Assembly (NCBI GenBank): GCA_964016885.1
Contig: OZ024743.1
Span: 178,250,001 to 178,314,000, forward strand
Direction: 5' to 3'
DNA: 64,000 bases
DNA from: Eledone cirrhosa
Taxonomy: Eukaryota
Translations under genes and position numbers: made by a program
Part shown: in pieces, positions 50,287 through 63,424 of the stretch
How the letters are laid out: every line of letters begins with the position of its first letter
Numbering within the stretch: the stretch's first letter is position 1
Notes under the pieces: model-generated
Told to the model about the DNA's origin: nothing
The model's input: only the letters and a program-made list of their open reading frames with translations
Database searches by the model: none

Positions 50287-51284
50287 CTAGCAGAAGTGCC
50301 TGGCACTGCTCGGAGTTTAATTGCTTTAATGTACTCTTAATGATTCCACTCAATTATGATTATTGAGGCAAAGAAAGTAAATACAGGTAAGCAAGAAAGG
50401 GGCGAGGGGTAGTGAAACATTTCAATTGAACAGTGAATAAGTGGAAAGTGAGTACTAAGTGAGTTGTATGAAGAATGCATGTCAAATAGTAGGTCAAACC
50501 TGTAAGCCAAGCCCGTCTGAGTTATAGCAAAAAAGAGCGTAAACAGGGGCGATAATTTGGAGCACACTGGAAAAAAATCATCAAAATCAGACATTCCTGA
50601 AAAAAGTTTTCTCATTTTTTTTTGTCTCATATTGCTAAAAACAAAGAAAAAAAATTACAAAAAGGACAACAATAAAATATAATGTCTTTGTTGAGATTCA
50701 AGTAAATAAATGCTTAAGCGTCGTTCTGACTACGTTTGTTATTGTATAAATTCATCTGTTGCTTTTGAATATTTATTTGATGTAAAATGTAATGGTGTAA
50801 AATGTAATGGTGAGCGTCGTTATGACTATGTTTGTTGTTGTATAAAGTGATGTGTTTCTTAGTTTTCAAAGTTTATGTTGTGTTCCTGAACGAAGTTTTG
50901 TCGCTGTTAGAGTTGCAGAGGAGATTGAGAGGGGAGTAGAGGTCGGGATGAACCTTTTAAAGAGAGTTGCAGAGGAGATTGAGAGGGGAGTAGCGGGAGG
51001 GATGAACCTTTTAAAGAGAGTTGCAACATGTATGTAGTTTCATCGATTTTTGAGGGTAGTAGAGAGAGGGATTAAGCATGTAAGGGAGAGGGTTACAGCA
51101 TGTATTTAGTTTTATCGATTTTTTTCATAGAAGCAGGAAATTTTTGCAAAGTTTATAACGCGTTGACCATCGTTGGTAAATTTGGAGCACATTGGAAAAA
51201 AATCATCAAAATCGGTAGAGAAATGTGGAAATGCATAAAAATCATACACACAGACAGACATCTTCCGTTTTATATATATAGAGA
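50287..51284 (-). mobile_element. Non-autonomous Helitron inserted in a TTAA MITE
   Basis: A|TCTCTATATATATAAAAC start; CCGAGCAGTGCCAGG..CTAG|T end; flanks rejoin to ATCTCACA|TAAT as in uninterrupted MITE copies (9541, 18094). Confidence 0.88.
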
Positions 51285-52357
51285 TAATAATATCGAATCT
51301 ATGAGATGTTGATGTGTTTAGGATGATGTCATATCATCATCATCGTCGTTTTTATACCTGATTTTCTATGTCTCACATTTTGACTCACCACAACTCATTA
51401 GTCTTGTTTCTAACTCAATACACAATGCATTTATCATCATTTAAAGAGTGTGTATGTTTTTTGTGGTCGTATTTATTTTTTGTGGCATATAGACTCTTCA
51501 TCATCATCACTGTTTTACATCCATTTCCCATGCTGCCATAAGTTGGGCAGGTTGTCACATTCTGAGGCGTAACAGGTTGGGTGACTACATCCTGCTCATA
51601 TATTCTAGTTTGCCATGGTTGCTGTCTACTATTTCTACAGACCCCTCCCAGATTTTGGTGGTGCTTGTTTCCTGAGGCCGTTTGCTGTGTGCTGTCCCAG
51701 CACAGCTGCTACATGTGAAGCCTACATTCTTAGTTAAGCTTCCTGAGATCCCACTACATTTAATATATAAGCATTAAATTAAAACTCGATTGACACATAT
51801 ATATATATAAAATAAACATCAAACAATAACAGGGGATTAATTTAATGCTAATAAATTCTCGGATTTATCCCTTAGAATCTTTGAGCTTATTCTACAGGTA
51901 GTATGGCACATGTTTCTCAGACATGACATCCTTAATTTGATATACTGCTCCTAAATTGTAGAGCTATTTTCTGTGGAAAGGACTCGATTGCTATTTCTAG
52001 CTGTTGATAATCCTATTCACATCACTGGGTTGACGGTGGGGTGATGTGTATTTAAAAAAAAACTACATGTGCTTTTCGTCATTTCCAGATTTGCTTTTAG
52101 TGTGTAATCACAGATAGTTAAATCTCCTCCTTTGCTGAGGATCCAGGATTTGACATCTGTGATTTGCCGATTAATGGTGAAATATATTTCATTAATGAAA
52201 TATATACAAAGGAGATTAATCATTATTGCAAGGTATCTATATTTGAGGTTCTCGTTAAATTTTAATATGTTACCTACGTAACTATGTGTTTACACTCATT
52301 ACAAATTATCCCCTGTAATTGTTTGATGTCTTTATTTTATATATATATATATATATT

Positions 52358-55300
52358 ATGCCCAAAATACGGGGATCCTATCTTAAACCTTACATTCTCG
52401 CTAACTACCCAACATCCCTCCCTCCCGCCCCCATGCACCACCATTATTACGTGGACCAATCATAAGTCAGAGGCCCATACTATCGCTTAACTGGTTGCTT
52501 TTCGATATGATGGATGGACTACGGAATTCTGGAGAGTTGAAGAGAGAAAAATCTGGACGCTCAGCGACAATGCCAAAGATAAAGACAAATTCACCTCATG
52601 GACGAGAATGCAAGCACTCCTCCTTGTTTCGGCCGAGGATGGCTAACATAACCCACCCACCCCCCACCCCGCGCCCCACCGCTCCCACCCTCCAAACGCA
52701 ATCCAAAACTTCAGAGTTGGTACCATGAATGTAGGCACCTTAAAGGGTCGCTCTAACGAGGTTGTAGAAATGCTTGAACGTAAGGAGGTCGATGTTTGTT
52801 GTATTCAAGAGACCAGGTGGAGGGGAGGGTCTGCTAGATTCATCATGGGTAAAGAACGATGCTATAAGCTTTTCTGGATGGGAAATGACAATGGGCTGGG
52901 TGGGGTAGGAATCATGGTAGCAGAAAAGTGGGCAGATAAGATAATAGACGTAAATAGAGTGAACGACAGAATAATTAAAATAAGACTTGTCCTCAATAAA
53001 AATACGGTGACAGTAATATCTGCGTACGCACCCCAATCCGGACTGCCCGGCGCTATAAAAGACAGATTCTATGAGACACTGATGCTCGCTACCTCCCAAA
53101 TAACCGACAGTGACTATATAATTATTGCAGGCGACCTAAATGGTCACGTTGGACAACATTGTGACGGTTATGACGGAATCCATGGAGGCTATGGGTTCGG
53201 TACTAAAAATGAGGAAGGCTCCAGAATCCTGGAATTCTGTGACGCAAATAACCTAACTATCTGTAACACTAACTTCAAAAAACGAAATAATCACTTGATC
53301 ACCTATAGATCGGGGGAACACACAAGCCAGGTAGATTATATCCTTACCAGAAGACGTGACAGAGTGTCTGTTGTTAACACTAAATCCCTCCCCCATGAAG
53401 AATGCACCTCCCAACATAGACTGATAATTAGTGACCTCATAGTCAGGACGAGACGTACTAGACAGCGGAGTAGGACTATCCGCAGGAGAAAAATATGGAA
53501 GCTAAAGGACCCCATAGTCAGAAATAAATTTCAAAGCATATTACTTGTTGCTTTCGACAGTAAGGAAGAGCAATTAGAGTCGTATAATATAGAGGAACAG
53601 TGGGAATTCCTGAAAGCAAACCTGCTGATGGCGGCAGACGAAGTCTGTGGCTGGAGCAGGCCTGTAGGTATGAGGAGAGTAACATGGTGGTGGAACAGTA
53701 AGGTGGAGGAGTCAATTAAGGCCAACAAGCAGGCTTGGAAAGTATGGCGGGATGGGGGAAGTAGAGAAGACTATCAAGTGGCCAGGAGGGAAGCTAGGAG
53801 ACAAGTGTACTTCGCAAGAAGGGAAGCGGAGGAAAGAAAGTTCAAGCATGTTCTACAACGTGCGGAGCAAAAACGTGAGGTGTTCAGGATTGCTAGGCAA
53901 TGTGTCAAGGAAAACCGTGATATTGTCGGGGAGAAGTGTGTACTTAATGATGATGGCATACTTGCCATCACTGACGCTGATAAGAAGGTAGCTTGGAAGT
54001 GTCGAAAGGCTTCTAAATGAGGAGAACAAATGGGAGAAAGACAGTCTCCCCCACATCGACCCAATAGAGGGACCAGCAGTGTTAGTCGAAGGTAGTATAA
54101 TAAGTAAGGCAATCAAAGATATGAAGACGGGTAAGGCAGCTGGGATTTCGGAAATAGTTGCTGAGATGCTGAAAGCCTCTGGAACGGTGGGACACACCAT
54201 GGTCACCCGGATAGTAAACGAAGTCATACAGAATGGGGTTGTTCCGAAGGACTGGCATAGAGGCACCATCATTAACTGTTACAAGGGTAAAGGAGATGCC
54301 CTAGATAGGTGTAACTATAGAGGCATTAAATTAATCGACCAGGTCATGAAGGTCACGGAAAAAGTAATAGCGCAACTAATCAGAGAGAGAATTGATCTAG
54401 ATGAAATGCAGTTCGGGTTTGTGTCAGGCAAAAGTACCACAGACGCTCTTTTCATTGTACGACAACTACAGGAAAAGTACCTAGCTAAAAGTAAACCCCT
54501 ATACTTAGCTTTTGTTGACTTGGAGAAAGCCTTCGACAGAGTCCCCCGTTCCATTATCTGGTGGGCTCTTAGAAAACTAGGTGTTGACGAATGGTTTGTG
54601 AGAGCTATACAAGCCATGTATAAAGAAACAGTGAGCAAGGTTAGAATTAACAACGAATATAGTGAAGAGTTTAGCGTAAAAGTTGGTGTCCATCAGGGCT
54701 CTGTTCTTAGCCCCCTACTATTTATTATTGTCCTTCAGGCTATAACAGAGGAGTTCAAGACCGGCTGCCCATGGGAACTCCTATACGCAGATGATCTAAC
54801 GCTTATAGCTGAATCAATGACCGAACTAGAGAAGAAATTCCAAACATGGAAGCACGGCCTAGAATCAAAAGGCCTTAAAATTAACCTGGCTAAGACTAAA
54901 GTTCTAGTTTGTAGGAAAGAAAATAAGGCGGCAGTCCCTTCCGGGAAATGGTCATGCTCAGTGTGTAGGAAAGGCGTAGGTAGAAACTCCATTTTATGTC
55001 CCAATTGCAAAGTATGGGTGCATAAAAGATGTAGTGTGATCACATGTAAGCTAACTAAGAACATAGATTTTACATGTGGCCGGTGCTCTGGTGCAATAAG
55101 TAGCAGCAAGTGCTCACAAAATACTAGCTCTTTCAATTGCGCAGAGGGTTCTATAGAAATAGTGGACAGCTTCCGTTACCTGGGTGACAAAATCAGCAGT
55201 GGGGGAGGGTGCTCTGAAAGTACAGTAGCTAGTGTCAGAACTGGATGGAAAAAGTTCAGAGAGCTTATACCACTATTAGCCGCTAGAGGGTTCTCCCTAA

Positions 55301-56121
55301 AAATGAAAGGCAGGTTATACGATGCCTGCATACGAACAGCAATGCTGCATGGCAGTGAGACCTGGGCATTGTGTGCAGAGGATATACGCAGACTAGAGAG
55401 GAACGAAGCTTGCATGCTCCGCTGGATGTGCAATAGTAATATACGTGAACGGCTAAGCATAAACGAACTAAGGAAAAAATTAGAAATAAGAGGGATCAGA
55501 TGTTGTTTACTCGAGAGAAGGCTACGTTGGTATGGTCACGTGATGCGCATGAAAGACGACAGCTGTATAACAAAGTGCAGGGCAATAAAGATAGACGGTA
55601 GCCACGGAGTAGGCAGACCCAGAAAAACCTGGGACGACATAAATTCCGACCTCACACGCTTACACCTCTCCAAGACAATGTCACTGGACCGAGACCTTTG
55701 GCGGTACTCAGTAATAGAGAAGACCCGCCTTACCTAAATACAAAGTAAAACCTACTACAGTCAGTAGGCATCTCTAACAAAATACACCCCTGTCCCACCA
55801 CCCCCACCCCATCCATACCGCCCCTTTCAATGTAAAGTTATGTTGGTGCCACAACATCAAGGCTGAAACAAATGAAATCGTGTAGGTGTCACGACAAAAA
55901 AACACACAGTCCACGTTGTAAATGTGGCCGTGTAGGCAACACGGTAAAAACCTCCCAGCCCCACACTGTAAATGTGGTTGGTGTTAGGAAGGGCATCCAG
56001 CTGTAGAAAACCTGCCAGACAGTCCTATGCGAGCAAGACAACCACTCTTGCCTCAAGTGGGAAAACCCCCGTCCAAACCCATGCAAGCGGGGAACACGGA
56101 CACTAAACCTGATGATGATGA

Positions 56122-56124
<3 letters not shown>
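52358..56124 (+). mobile_element. RTE-clade LINE copy A, near full-length
   Basis: APE ORF 52725-54020 and RT ORF 54079-55737 separated by a 5-bp deletion at ~54004; 3'UTR ends (GAT)n; (TA)n on both sides. Confidence 0.93.
52707..55737 (+). pseudogene. RTE EN-RT ORF with one frameshift
   Basis: FRVGTMNVGTL, GDLNGHVG, QVDYI, SQHRL; TGTCGAAAGG versus TGTCACTATGAAAGG in copies B/C; HQGSVLSP, YADD. Confidence 0.92.
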
Positions 56125-56156
<32 letters not shown>

Positions 56157-56261
56157 TGAGAAAAATGGAGAGCTGCGTGGTTGCACGTGGGTTATATATG
56201 ACCAACCTTCATTGGTATTTCATCGCTTTAAAAATCATATACCTCTAGTTGGCGCGAGCAA

Positions 56262-57134
56262 TCTATATATATAAAACTGTGGTTGTCTGTCTGTCTATCG
56301 ATTTTTGGCACACATCTCCTCTTAGAATCTCTCACGGAATTGCACCGAAATTGCTATACTTGTACATTGAGCCCTAGCGAAGACATCGGAAAAAAAAAAA
56401 TTTCAAATTGACTCACCCTATGTGACGAAATCGAATATAATGTATCGATTTTTTAGCGTAAGTTATCAGTTATTTCCCTTTGTTCTGTTTACATTGAGCG
56501 TCTTACGTAAAAAATTAAGCTGGCTTTAACAGTTGTCGAGCCAGCAAAATATTGACCTGCAAAATTCATCAGTTCAAACACTAAGCTTCCGTTTTGCTTC
56601 ATTTCTATTTAAAAGCATTTTAAAACAATATTTTTACTTGAAAACAAGTCTATTTAAAGACTACGTAAAACAAGCAAATATTTCGTCGTTAGGCGTGCAG
56701 ACAGACAGTCGTGCAGACAGACAGTCGTGCAGACAGACAGTCGTGCAGACAGACAGTCGTGTAGAGAGGTGATATAGGCGTGCAGACAGACAGTCGTGCA
56801 GAGAGGTGATATAGGCGTGCAGACAGACATAACTGATAATTTGGTTACGCTAATGTTTTTCTCTGCGTTGCAGTGTTTACATTTTCGATCTTTGTTAATA
56901 AATAACCAGTGCAGTTTCTATCCCCAGCATCCTCTTTTGTTATAACATTCGGGTTATCGTTATGTTTTCTTAACTTCATAAGGCATATTGTTGGTTGAGG
57001 GAATATTAATCAAAAACACCACATGCAAGTCTGCACAGTAGACCCTACAGTTTTTAAGCCAAGAAAGAAACTTAACATTGTAACTTTAACACAGCTACTG
57101 AGCGACCCCGAGCAATGCCGGGCTTTACTGCTAG
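56262..57134 (+). mobile_element. Non-autonomous Helitron
   Basis: A|TCTATATATATAAAAC start; CCCGAGCAATGCCGGG..CTAG|T end; internal 16-bp tandem CGTGCAGACAGACAGT. Confidence 0.88.
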
Positions 57135-57426
57135 TAACTCAATAAAGTTATTGGGACAAGTAAAATAGGGTGAAACAAGAGAGACATGTAAACAAACAAC
57201 GATGGTATGGCAATGGAAACATAGGAAGAGATAAGTACATGAAATCTGTAAGCTTAAGCTTGGTGAATTCATGGCCGAGAGATACAGACCATCCGGAATG
57301 GGTGAGATGTGAGCGAGAAAAGGATTTCACACAGGTCAAATGGGAGGAAGTGAGGGAGGGGGAGAAGCAGAGAGTGAGATGAAAGTTGGAAGAACACTGA
57401 TGAAGGACTAATTTTATATATATATA

Positions 57427-59758
57427 TAGGAGACAAGTGTACTTCGCAAGAAGGGAAGCAGAGGAAAGAAAGTTCAAGCATGTTCTACAACGCGAGGACC
57501 AAAAACGTGAGGTCTTCAGGATTGCTAGGCAATGTGTCAAGGAAAACAGTGATATTGTCGGGGAGAAGTGTGTACTTAATGATGACGGCGTACTTGCCAT
57601 CACCGACGCTGATAAGAAGGTAGCTTGGAAGTGTCACTATGAAAGGCTACTAAATGAGGAGAATAAATGGGAGAAAGACAGTCTACCCCACATCGACCCA
57701 ATAGAGGGACCAGCAGTGTTAGTCGAGGGGAGTAAAATAAGTAAGGCAATCAAGGATATGAAGACGGGTAAGGCGGCTGGGCCTTCGGAAATAGTTGCCG
57801 AGATGCTGAAGGCATCTGGCACGGTGGGACACACCATGGTCACCCGCATAGTTAACCAAGTCGTACAGAATGGGGTTGTTCCGAAGGACTGGCATAGCAG
57901 CATCATCGTTAACTGTTATAAGGGTAAAGGAGATGCCCTAGATAGGAGTAACTATAGAGGCATTAAATTAATCGACCAGGTCATGAAGGTCACGGAAAAA
58001 GTAATAGCACAACTAATCAGAGAGAGAATTGATCTAGATGAAATGCAGTTCGGGTTTGTGTCAGGCAAAAGTACCACAGACGCTCTTTTCATTGTACGAC
58101 AACTACAGGAGAAGTACCTAGCCAAAGGTAAACCCCTCTACTTAGCTTTTGTCGACTTGGAGAAAGCCTTCGACAGAGTCCCCCATTCCATTATCTGGTG
58201 GGCTCTTAGAAAACTAGGTGTTGACGAATGGCTTGTGAGAGCTATACAAGCCATGTATAAAGAAACAGTCAGCAAGGTTAGAATTAACAACGAATATAGT
58301 GAAGAGTTTAGCGTAAAAGTTGGCGTCCATCAGGGCTCTGTTCTCAGCTCCCTACTATTTATTATTGCCCTTCAGGCTATAACAGAGGAGTTCAAGACCG
58401 GCTGCCCATGGGAACTCCTATACGCAGATGATCTAACGCTTATAGCTGAATCAATGACCGAACTAGAGAAGAAATTCCAAACATGGAAGCACGGCCTAGA
58501 ATCAAAAGGCCTTAAAATTAACCTGGCTAAGACTAAAGTTCTAGTTTGTAGGAAAGAAAATAAGGCGGCAGTCCCTTCCGGGAAATGGTCATGCTCAGTG
58601 TGTAGGAAAGGCGTAGGTAGAAACTCCATTTTATGTCCCAATTGCAAAGTATGGGTGCATAAAAGATGTAGTGTGATCACATGTAAGCTAACTAAGAACA
58701 TAGATTTTACATGTGGCCGGTGCTCTGGTGCAATAAGTAGCAGCAAGTGCTCACAAAATACTAGCTCTTTCAATTGCGCAGAGGGTTCTATAGAAATAGT
58801 GGACAGCTTCCGTTACCTGGGTGACAAAATCAGCAGTGGGGGAGGGTGCTCTGAAAGTACAGTAGCTAGTGTCAGAACTGGATGGAAAAAGTTCAGAGAG
58901 CTTATACCACTATTAGCCGCTAGAGGGTTCTCCCTAAAAATGAAAGGCAGGTTATACGATGCCTGCATACGAACAGCAATGCTGCATGGCAGTGAGACCT
59001 GGGCATTGTGTGCAGAGGATATACGCAGACTAGAGAGGAACGAAGCTTGCATGCTCCGCTGGATGTGCAATAGTAATATACGTGAACGGCTAAGCATAAA
59101 CGAACTAAGGAAAAAATTAGAAATAAGAGGGATCAGATGTTGTTTACTCGAGAGAAGGCTACGTTGGTATGGTCACGTGATGCGCATGAAAGACGACAGC
59201 TGTATAACAAAGTGCAGGGCAATAAAGATAGACGGTAGCCACGGAGTAGGCAGACCCAGAAAAACCTGGGACGACATAAATTCCGACCTCACACGCTTAC
59301 ACCTCTCCAAGACAATGTCACTGGACCGAGACCTTTGGCGGTACTCAGTAATAGAGAAGACCCGCCTTACCTAAATACAAAGTAAAACCTACTACAGTCA
59401 GTAGGCATCTCTAACAAAATACACCCCTGTCCCACCACCCCCACCCCATCCATACCGCCCCTTTCAATGTAAAGTTATGTTGGTGCCACAACATCAAGGC
59501 TGAAACAAATGAAATCGTGTAGGTGTCACGACAAAAAAACACACAGTCCACGTTGTAAATGTGGCCGTGTAGGCAACACGGTAAAAACCTCCCAGCCCCA
59601 CACTGTAAATGTGGTTGGTGTTAGGAAGGGCATCCAGCTGTAGAAAACCTGCCAGACAGTCCTATGCGAGCAAGACAACCACTCTTGCCTCAAGTGGGAA
59701 AACCCCCGTCCAAACCCATGCAAGCGGGGAACACGGACACTAAACCTGATGATGATGA

Positions 59759-59761
<3 letters not shown>
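57427..59761 (+). mobile_element. RTE copy B, 5'-truncated chimera; open RT ORF 57437-59374
   Basis: 5' part matches copy C, 3' part matches copy A; 645-aa open frame without EN. Confidence 0.93.
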
Positions 59762-59793
<32 letters not shown>

Positions 59794-59898
59794 TGAGAAA
59801 AATGGAGAGCTGCGTGGTTGCACGTGGGTTATATATGACCAACCTTCATTGGTATTTCATCGCTTTAAAAATCATATACCTCTAGTTGGCGCGAGCAA

Positions 59899-60771
59899 TC
59901 TATATATATAAAACTGTGGTTGTCTGTCTGTCTATCGATTTTTGGCACACATCTCCTCTTAGAATCTCTCACGGAATTGCACCGAAATTGCTATACTTGT
60001 ACATTGAGCCCTAGCGAAGACATCGGAAAAAAAAAAATTTCAAATTGACTCACCCTATGTGACGAAATCGAATATAATGTATCGATTTTTTAGCGTAAGT
60101 TATCAGTTATTTCCCTTTGTTCTGTTTACATTGAGCGTCTTACGTAAAAAATTAAGCTGGCTTTAACAGTTGTCGAGCCAGCAAAATATTGACCTGCAAA
60201 ATTCATCAGTTCAAACACTAAGCTTCCGTTTTGCTTCATTTCTATTTAAAAGCATTTTAAAACAATATTTTTACTTGAAAACAAGTCTATTTAAAGACTA
60301 CGTAAAACAAGCAAATATTTCGTCGTTAGGCGTGCAGACAGACAGTCGTGCAGACAGACAGTCGTGCAGACAGACAGTCGTGCAGACAGACAGTCGTGTA
60401 GAGAGGTGATATAGGCGTGCAGACAGACAGTCGTGCAGAGAGGTGATATAGGCGTGCAGACAGACATAACTGATAATTTGGTTACGCTAATGTTTTTCTC
60501 TGCGTTGCAGTGTTTACATTTTCGATCTTTGTTAATAAATAACCAGTGCAGTTTCTATCCCCAGCATCCTCTTTTGTTATAACATTCGGGTTATCGTTAT
60601 GTTTTCTTAACTTCATAAGGCATATTGTTGGTTGAGGGAATATTAATCAAAAACACCACATGCAAGTCTGCACAGTAGACCCTACAGTTTTTAAGCCAAG
60701 AAAGAAACTTAACATTGTAACTTTAACACAGCTACTGAGCGACCCCGAGCAATGCCGGGCTTTACTGCTAG
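59899..60771 (+). mobile_element. Non-autonomous Helitron, duplicate of 56262-57134
   Basis: Same sequence at offset +3637. Confidence 0.88.
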
Positions 60772-61063
60772 TAACTCAATAAAGTTATTGGGACAAGTAA
60801 AATAGGGTGAAACAAGAGAGACATGTAAACAAACAACGATGGTATGGCAATGGAAACATAGGAAGAGATAAGTACATGAAATCTGTAAGCTTAAGCTTGG
60901 TGAATTCATGGCCGAGAGATACAGACCATCCGGAATGGGTGAGATGTGAGCGAGAAAAGGATTTCACACAGGTCAAATGGGAGGAAGTGAGGGAGGGGGA
61001 GAAGCAGAGAGTGAGATGAAAGTTGGAAGAACACTGATGAAGGACTAATTTTATATATATATA

Positions 61064-63407
61064 TAGGAGACAAGTGTACTTCGCAAGAAGGGAAGCAGAG
61101 GAAAGAAAGTTCAAGCATGTTCTACAACGCGAGGACCAAAAACGTGAGGTCTTCAGGATTGCTAGGCAATGTGTCAAGGAAAACAGTGATATTGTCGGGG
61201 AGAAGTGTGTACTTAATGATGACGGCGTACTTGCCATCACCGACGCTGATAAGAAGGTAGCTTGGAAGTGTCACTATGAAAGGCTACTAAATGAGGAGAA
61301 TAAATGGGAGAAAGACAGTCTACCCCACATCGACCCAATAGAGGGACCAGCAGTGTTAGTCGAGGGGAGTAAAATAAGTAAGGCAATCAAGGATATGAAG
61401 ACGGGTAAGGCGGCTGGGCCTTCGGAAATAGTTGCCGAGATGCTGAAGGCATCTGGCACGGTGGGACACACCATGGTCACCCGCATAGTTAACCAAGTCG
61501 TACAGAATGGGGTTGTTCCGAAGGACTGGCATAGCAGCATCATCGTTAACTGTTATAAGGGTAAAGGAGATGCCCTAGATAGGAGTAACTATAGAGGCAT
61601 TAAATTAATCGACCAGGTCATGAAGGTCACGGAAAAAGTAATAGCACAACTAATCAGAGAGAGAATTGATCTAGATGAAATGCAGTTCGGGTTTGTGTCA
61701 GGCAAAAGTACCACAGACGCTCTTTTCATTGTACGACAACTACAGGAGAAGTACCTAGCCAAAGGTAAACCCCTCTACTTAGCTTTTGTCGACTTGGAGA
61801 AAGCCTTCGACAGAGTCCCCCATTCCATTATCTGGTGGGCTCTTAGAAAACTAGGTGTTGACGAATGGCTTGTGAGAGCTATACAAGCCATGTATAAAGA
61901 AACAGTCAGCAAGGTTAGAATTAACAACGAATATAGTGAAGAGTTTAGCGTAAAAGTTGGCGTCCATCAGGGCTCTGTTCTCAGCTCCCTACTATTTATT
62001 ATTGCCCTTCAGGCTATAACAGAGGAGTTCAAGACCGGCTGCCCATGGGAACTCCTATACGCAGACGACCTAACACTCATAGCCGAATCAATGGCCGAGC
62101 TAGAGAAGAAATTCCAAACATGGAAGCACGGCCTAGAATCAACAGGCCTTAAAATTAACCTGGCTAAGACCAAAGTTCTAGTTTGTAGGAAAGAAAATAA
62201 GGCGGCGGTCCCTTCCGGGAAGTGGCCATGCTCAGTGTGTAGGAAAGGCGTAGGTAGAAACTCCATTTTGTGTCAGAAATGCAAAGTATGGGTGCATAAA
62301 AGATGTAGTGGGATCACAGGTAAGCTAACTAAGAACATAGATTTCACATGTGGCCGGTGCTCTGGTGCAATAAGTAGCAGCAAGTGCCCAAAAAATACTA
62401 GCTCTTTCAACTGCGCAGAGGGCTCTATAGAAATAGTGGACAGCTTCCGTTACCTGGGTGACAAAATCAGCAGTGGGGGAGGGTGCTCTGAAAGTACAGT
62501 AGCTAGAGTCAGAACTGGATGGAAAAAGTTCAGAGAGCTTATACCACCATTAGCCGCTAAAGGGTTCTCCCTAAAAATGAAAGGCAGGTTGTATGATGCC
62601 CGCATACGGACAGCAATGTTGAAAGGCAGTGAGATCTGGGCATTGTGTGCAGAGGATATACGCAGACTAGAGAGGAACGAAGCTTGCATGCTCCGCTGGA
62701 TGTGTAACAGTAATATACATGAACGGCTAAGCATAAACGAACTAAGGAAAAAATTAGAAATAAGAGGGATCAGATGTTGTTTACTCGAGAGAAGGCTACG
62801 TTGGTATGGACACGTGATGCGCATGAAAGTCGATAGCTGTATAACAAAGTGCAGGGCAATAAAGATAGACGGTAGCCACGGAATAGGCAGACCTAGAAAA
62901 ACCTGGGACGAGCTGCTAAACTCCGACCTCACACACTTACACCTCTCCAAGACAATGTCACTGGACCGAGACCTTTGGCGGTACTCAGTAACAGAGAAGA
63001 CCCGCCTTACCTAAATACATAGTAAAACCTACTACAGCCAGTAGGCATCTCTAACAAAATACACCCCGTCCCACCACCCCCACCCCATCCACACCACCCC
63101 CTTCTATGTAAAGTTATGTTGGTGCCGCGCCATCCAGGCCGAAACAGATGAGATCGTGTAGGTGTCACGACAAAAAAACACACAGTCCACGCTGTAATGT
63201 GGCCGTGTAGGCAACACGGTAAAAACCTCCCAGACCCACACTGTAAATGTGGTTGGTGTTAGGAAGGGCATCCAACTGTAGAAAACCTGCCAGGCAGTCC
63301 TATGCGAGCAAGACAACCACTCTTGCCTCAAGTGGGAATACCCCCGTCCAAACCCATGCAAGCGTGGAACACGGACGTTAAACGTTGATGATGATGATGA
63401 TGATGAT
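61064..63407 (+). mobile_element. RTE copy C, 5'-truncated; open RT ORF 61074-63014
   Basis: 646-aa open frame, YADD, PHD-like finger, (GAT)n tail. Confidence 0.93.
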
Positions 63408-63424
63408 ATATATATTTATATATA

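Larger units (their letters stand above)
54732..62065 (+). repeat. Direct tandem duplication, period 3637 bp
   Basis: All ORF-track entries and microsatellite lengths recur at +3637 from about 54732 to 58428. Confidence 0.95.

Noticed and set aside
52066-52157. Further host exon (DVKSWILSKGGDLTICDYTLKANLEMTKST, minus)
   Set aside because: Weak splice signals and no way to link its phase to the other exons
52600-52655. HDV-like ribozyme in the RTE copy A leader
   Set aside because: P3/L3-like and GG..CTAA pieces exist, but no convincing 7-bp P1 or P2 could be assigned by eye
57397-57412. Hammerhead at CTGATGAAGGACTA (also at +3637)
   Set aside because: Only the 5' half is present; it runs into (TA)n with no GAAA or cleavage triplet
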